Assembly (NCBI GenBank): GCA_964356325.1 | Contig: CAYHHL010000002.1 | Location: forward strand, 21,490-85,489 | DNA length: 64,000 nucleotides | Origin: an uncultured Enterobacteriaceae bacterium | GTDB lineage: Bacteria; Myxococcota_A; UBA9042 | Direction: 5' to 3' | Part shown: positions 60,982 through 64,000 of the stretch, piece by piece | How positions within the stretch are numbered: position 1 is the first letter of the stretch | Layout of the letters: each line of letters begins with the position of its first letter | Position numbers and translations under genes: made by a program | The notes under the pieces: generated by a model | Told to the model about the DNA's origin: nothing | Seen by the model: only the letters and a program-made list of their open reading frames with translations | Database searches by the model: none

Positions 60982-61727
60982 GGCGTCCTCGTCAGCAGGG
61001 CTTCCACCCTCGTCATCAGCGCGGGATCTTCGGGGCGAGCGACTGACTTGCGCGCCTCGGCCAGCCAGACCGTCCGTTTCGCCGCGTCCGTTTCAGCCAG
61101 CGCCCGCAACAGCAGCACGCGCACCCCGGCATCCTCGGGGGTCAGCACCGCCACGCCCGCGCTCCAGCGACCGGTCCTCTGCGCCAAGGCCACCGCCAGG
61201 GCCAGGCGCGCCGCCGTCCCATCGGCCGAACCGGGCCGCGCTGCACCAGCGATTTCCGCCAAGAACGGCAGCGCCAAGTCGCCGCGATCCGCCCGAATGC
61301 ACGCGTCGACTGCGATCGCCCGGAAGCCGGCCGCCGGACTGAAGACGTCGAGCGGCAACTCCAGAAGCGGCATCTTTCCGCGCACGTAAGCGTCAAGAAA
61401 GCGTTCGATCCCGTCGACGTCGCCGCCCTTCTTGCGGTCCGGCGCGTAGAACAGCTTGGCCGCGGTCCGCATCAACTCACTGCGCAAAGCCTCGGCCGAG
61501 TCACAAGCCTGCTGCCACTTCTGCTTGCCATGCAGGGCCGCGGCAGGACGCAACTTCGGTGCGATCTCCTCGGTACGCACGGTTCGCGGTCGCAAGGGCT
61601 GCAACTCCACCAGCAAATCCAAGGGCAAGCGATCCGCCGCGCTCGCTTCGAAGCCAAGGAACTGCCCCAGGACGAAGAGGCCCGGCACCAGCCGCGAAAT
61701 CGCCAACAGTCTACAATTCTTCCCCAT
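60978..61727 (-). CDS. Hypothetical Ala-rich protein with an N-terminal hydrophobic segment
   Basis: Start MGKNCRLLAISRLVPGLFVLGQFLGF, possibly a signal peptide or anchor. The body has high GC3 and a plausible composition. The track ORF 60978..61970 is N-extended. Confidence 0.35.
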   Translation of the reverse strand: MGKNCRLLAISRLVPGLFVLGQFLGFEASAADRLPLDLLVELQPLRPRTVRTEEIAPKLRPAAALHGKQKWQQACDSAEALRSELMRTAAKLFYAPDRKKGGDVDGIERFLDAYVRGKMPLLELPLDVFSPAAGFRAIAVDACIRADRGDLALPFLAEIAGAARPGSADGTAARLALAVALAQRTGRWSAGVAVLTPEDAGVRVLLLRALAETDAAKRTVWLAEARKSVARPEDPALMTRVEALLTRTP

Positions 61728-61929
61728 GGTTACCCGCCGATTCAATGGCACCTTGACAGCCCGCCCGAGCATCCTAACGTGCGGACGCCGCCTGCGACAG
61801 CCCTGGTTTTGGCCATGCCGCGTCGGCACGTCGGGATGCCAGGGAATAGTGCGCACGCTTGCATCTGTTGTCCCGCCCGGTTCCCTCCTTCGTTCTTGAC
61901 CGCAGCAGTAGCCACAGGAAGCGAAACAC

Positions 61930-62892
61930 ATGACGGCCGAATCCGTGATCCAGGTCCGCAACCTCGTCAAGCGCTATGAGACCAAGACCGCGCTGCAAGG
62001 CGTCTCATTCGATGTGCACGCCGGTGAAATCGTGGGCCTGTTGGGGCCCAACGGCGCGGGCAAGTCCACGAGCATGAAGATCCTGACGACGTACTTGTCG
62101 GCGACTTCGGGCCAGGTGATCGTCGACGGCATCGATCTGGCCGCCGATCCGGTGCGGGTGCGCGCGATGCTCGGCTACCTGCCCGAGTCGACGCCGCTCT
62201 ACAGCGATATGGTGGTGTACGATTACTTGCTGTACGCCGGTGAAATGCGTGGGTTTTCGCGCGCTGCCTGCCAGAAGCGCATCGCCGAAGTCGCGGTCAC
62301 GGTCGGGTTGCGCGAAGTGCTGGCTATGCAGATCAGCCAATTGTCCAAGGGATACAAGCAGCGCGTCGGGCTGGCTCAAGCGCTCTTGCACAATCCCAAG
62401 ATCCTGATCCTGGACGAGCCGACCTCGGGTCTGGACCCGAACCAGATCGTGGAGATTCGCCACCTGATTCGCCAACTCGGCAAGAACCACACGGTCATTC
62501 TGTCGAGTCACAATCTCGCGGAAGTGCGCCAGATTTGCGATCGTATCGTGATCATCCACCGCGGCACCGTGGTAGCGGACGGCACGGTCGACGAACTCGA
62601 GGGCAGGGTCGCGCAGACGCACCGTCTCCTGGTGGGTATCGCGCCGAAAGCGGGCGCGACGACGGCCACGGTCCTGGCCGGCCTGGGCGCTCTGCCCCAA
62701 GTCAAGTCCGCGATCGTGAACCACGAATCGACGACGCCGCTGGCCCACGCGACCTTCGAGCTGGACTGCGAGGCCGACATCCGCGCGGCGGTTTTCCGCC
62801 ATGTCGAGCAAGCCGGTCACACCCTGGTCGAGTTGCGGCGCAAGACCATGGATCTCGAAGGTATCTTCCAGTCCTTGACACAAGATCCGTAG
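61930..62892 (+). CDS. ABC transporter ATP-binding protein (ABC-2/GldA-like)
   Basis: Walker A GPNGAGKST, the LSKGYKQRV signature, Walker B ILILDEPTSGLD, and an H-loop SSHNL. Confidence 0.9.
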   Translation: MTAESVIQVRNLVKRYETKTALQGVSFDVHAGEIVGLLGPNGAGKSTSMKILTTYLSATSGQVIVDGIDLAADPVRVRAMLGYLPESTPLYSDMVVYDYLLYAGEMRGFSRAACQKRIAEVAVTVGLREVLAMQISQLSKGYKQRVGLAQALLHNPKILILDEPTSGLDPNQIVEIRHLIRQLGKNHTVILSSHNLAEVRQICDRIVIIHRGTVVADGTVDELEGRVAQTHRLLVGIAPKAGATTATVLAGLGALPQVKSAIVNHESTTPLAHATFELDCEADIRAAVFRHVEQAGHTLVELRRKTMDLEGIFQSLTQDP

Positions 62893-62979
62893 CGATGCCC
62901 GCCTCTGCCGATGCTGCCCGTGCACCAGCCGCGAACCGGGCCTGAATCGAACCTGCGAATTTCCTGGGAGAACCTGCGC

Positions 62980-63711
62980 ATGAAACCCGTCTGGACGATT
63001 GCCCGCCGCGAGATGGCCGCGACCTTCGACTCCCCGATCGCCTACATCGCCGGCGCGGTGTTCCTGGTGGCGACCGGCATCCTGTTCTTCTTTGGCGTGG
63101 GCGGCGGTGACGACTACTTCGCGGCGCGCGAGGCGACGTTGCGACCGCTGTTCGACCACGCGCCCTGGGTGTTGGCCGTGATCCTGCCCGCGGTGACCAT
63201 GCGTCTGGTGGCTGAAGAGAAGAAGTCCGGGACCTTGGAACTGCTGGTCACCCTGCCCGTCACCGACCTGCAGATCATCCTCGGCAAGCTGCTCGGCGCC
63301 ACGGGCTTCCTGCTGGTGGCGCTGGCCCTGACGCTGGTGCTGCCCGCGATGGTGCTGACGGTCGGCAGTCCGGATCTCGGCGCGATCGCAGGTGGTTACG
63401 TCGGGCTGGTGCTGATTGGCGTGGCGTTCCTGGCGCTGGGGCTGATGACTTCGACCTGGACACACAACCAGATCATCGCCTTCATTCTCGGGCTGTTGCT
63501 GTGCATGTTCTTCTGGACCGCGACCGATGCGATTCTGCGCCTGGCCTTCGATCAGCCGCCGATGGCCTTGCAGTTGTTCAGCTTCCAGACGCAGTTCCAG
63601 GACTTCGCCAAAGGTGTCGTGGACTTGCGCAACGTCTTGTACTTCCTGTCGGTGACGGCTGTGGCGGTCGTCGCGTCGACCTACTCGCTGCAATCGCGAC
63701 ATTGGAAATAG
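62980..63711 (+). CDS. ABC-2 type permease (GldF-like)
   Basis: Start MKPVWTIARREMAATFDSPIAY with GGGAGAA RBS. Six predicted TM helices, 243 aa. Confidence 0.75.
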   Translation: MKPVWTIARREMAATFDSPIAYIAGAVFLVATGILFFFGVGGGDDYFAAREATLRPLFDHAPWVLAVILPAVTMRLVAEEKKSGTLELLVTLPVTDLQIILGKLLGATGFLLVALALTLVLPAMVLTVGSPDLGAIAGGYVGLVLIGVAFLALGLMTSTWTHNQIIAFILGLLLCMFFWTATDAILRLAFDQPPMALQLFSFQTQFQDFAKGVVDLRNVLYFLSVTAVAVVASTYSLQSRHWK

Positions 63712-63735
63712 CTGCAAGTAGCTGCAAGTAGCTGA
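63709..63735. repeat. 10-bp tandem repeat (TAGCTGCAAG x2.7) overlapping the permease stop codon
   Basis: aaaTAGCTGCAAGTAGCTGCAAGTAGCTGAtcg places stops in several frames between the permease and GldG-like genes. Confidence 0.4.
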
Positions 63736-63790
63736 TCGCTCCGTAAACGCTGTCCGTACCTGACCCGCTGAGAAGACTAGAGGTTCCCTC

Positions 63791-64000
63791 ATGGCTGACA
63801 CGAAATCCGCGCCCACGAAATCGGCAACGCTGCGCAGTCGGACCGACGCCCTGGTCATGGTCGTGGCCACGATCGGCATCGCCGTGGTGGTGAACGCCCT
63901 GGCGACGCAGACCTCGGTGCGCGCTGACCTGACCGAACAGCAAGTACACACGCTTTCGGACGTTTCCATCGAAGCGGCGCGGTCCCTGGACGGTGTCACG
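63791..64000 (+). CDS. ABC-transporter-associated GldG-like protein (N-terminal 70 aa only; truncated by window end)
   Basis: MADTKSAPTKSATLRSRTDALVMVVATIGIAVVVNALATQTSVRADLTEQQVHTLSDVS matches the GldG N-terminal TM plus 'DLTEnk.ytLS' pattern. RBS AGAGG. Confidence 0.55.
   Translation, partial: MADTKSAPTKSATLRSRTDALVMVVATIGIAVVVNALATQTSVRADLTEQQVHTLSDVSIEAARSLDGVT

Overview
This is a high-GC (about 70%) chromosomal segment with about 45 protein genes and two tRNAs. It is almost certainly from a myxobacterium (Myxococcota). One secreted protein carries a MYXO-CTERM sorting tail, and the window has sigma-54 architecture and many Cys-rich secreted proteins.

Gene content, left to right:
- **Polysaccharide cluster (1-11.9 kb).** A Wzx-like flippase, a small sugar transferase, two GT4 glycosyltransferases and a translationally coupled DprE2/DprE1-like epimerase pair. 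The cluster is interrupted by a hppA (H+-pyrophosphatase) operon that also carries an ArnT/PMT-like GT-C membrane protein.
- **Envelope block (12-18.4 kb).** A FadL-like OMP flanked by two Cys-rich secreted proteins, tRNA-Phe and tRNA-Ala, pepA, and a sigma-54-promoted MYXO-CTERM protein.
- **Housekeeping (18.5-26.5 kb).** rlmN, an NtrC-type sigma-54 activator, a namZ-nadD-DUF2520 operon, and a ferredoxin-type sulfite/nitrite reductase.
- **Small cassette (26.5-29.4 kb).** A lipoprotein and an OMP, each preceded by an identical palindromic 34-bp element, plus an MFS transporter.
- **Candidate two-gene module (29.6-32.8 kb).** A 2-TM membrane protein coupled to an XPB/Rad25-like SF2 helicase, followed by a GyrI-like protein.
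- **Giant gene (34.9-45.9 kb).** A single 10,959-nt ORF (3,652 aa) made entirely of TPR-like helical repeats, immediately upstream of argC-argB.
- **Amino-acid block (46-57 kb).** argC, argB, a small OMP, a leuB-like dehydrogenase, a reversed LeuD-LeuC aconitase fusion, a TPR protein, guaD carrying an (SG)n microsatellite insertion, argG and prs.
- **Right end.** TonB-like and MA-peptidase-like proteins, a DUF2384-tailed protein, and a GldA/F/G-like ABC-2 transporter truncated at the window edge.

No CRISPR array, transposase, integrase or prophage signature was seen. Many long antisense ORFs in the track are GC-frame artefacts.

Caveat on coordinates: I could not reconcile ORF-track coordinates with line-position counting at every site (off by 1 nt in places). 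CDS ends follow the ORF track; internal start codons were placed by codon counting from track coordinates.
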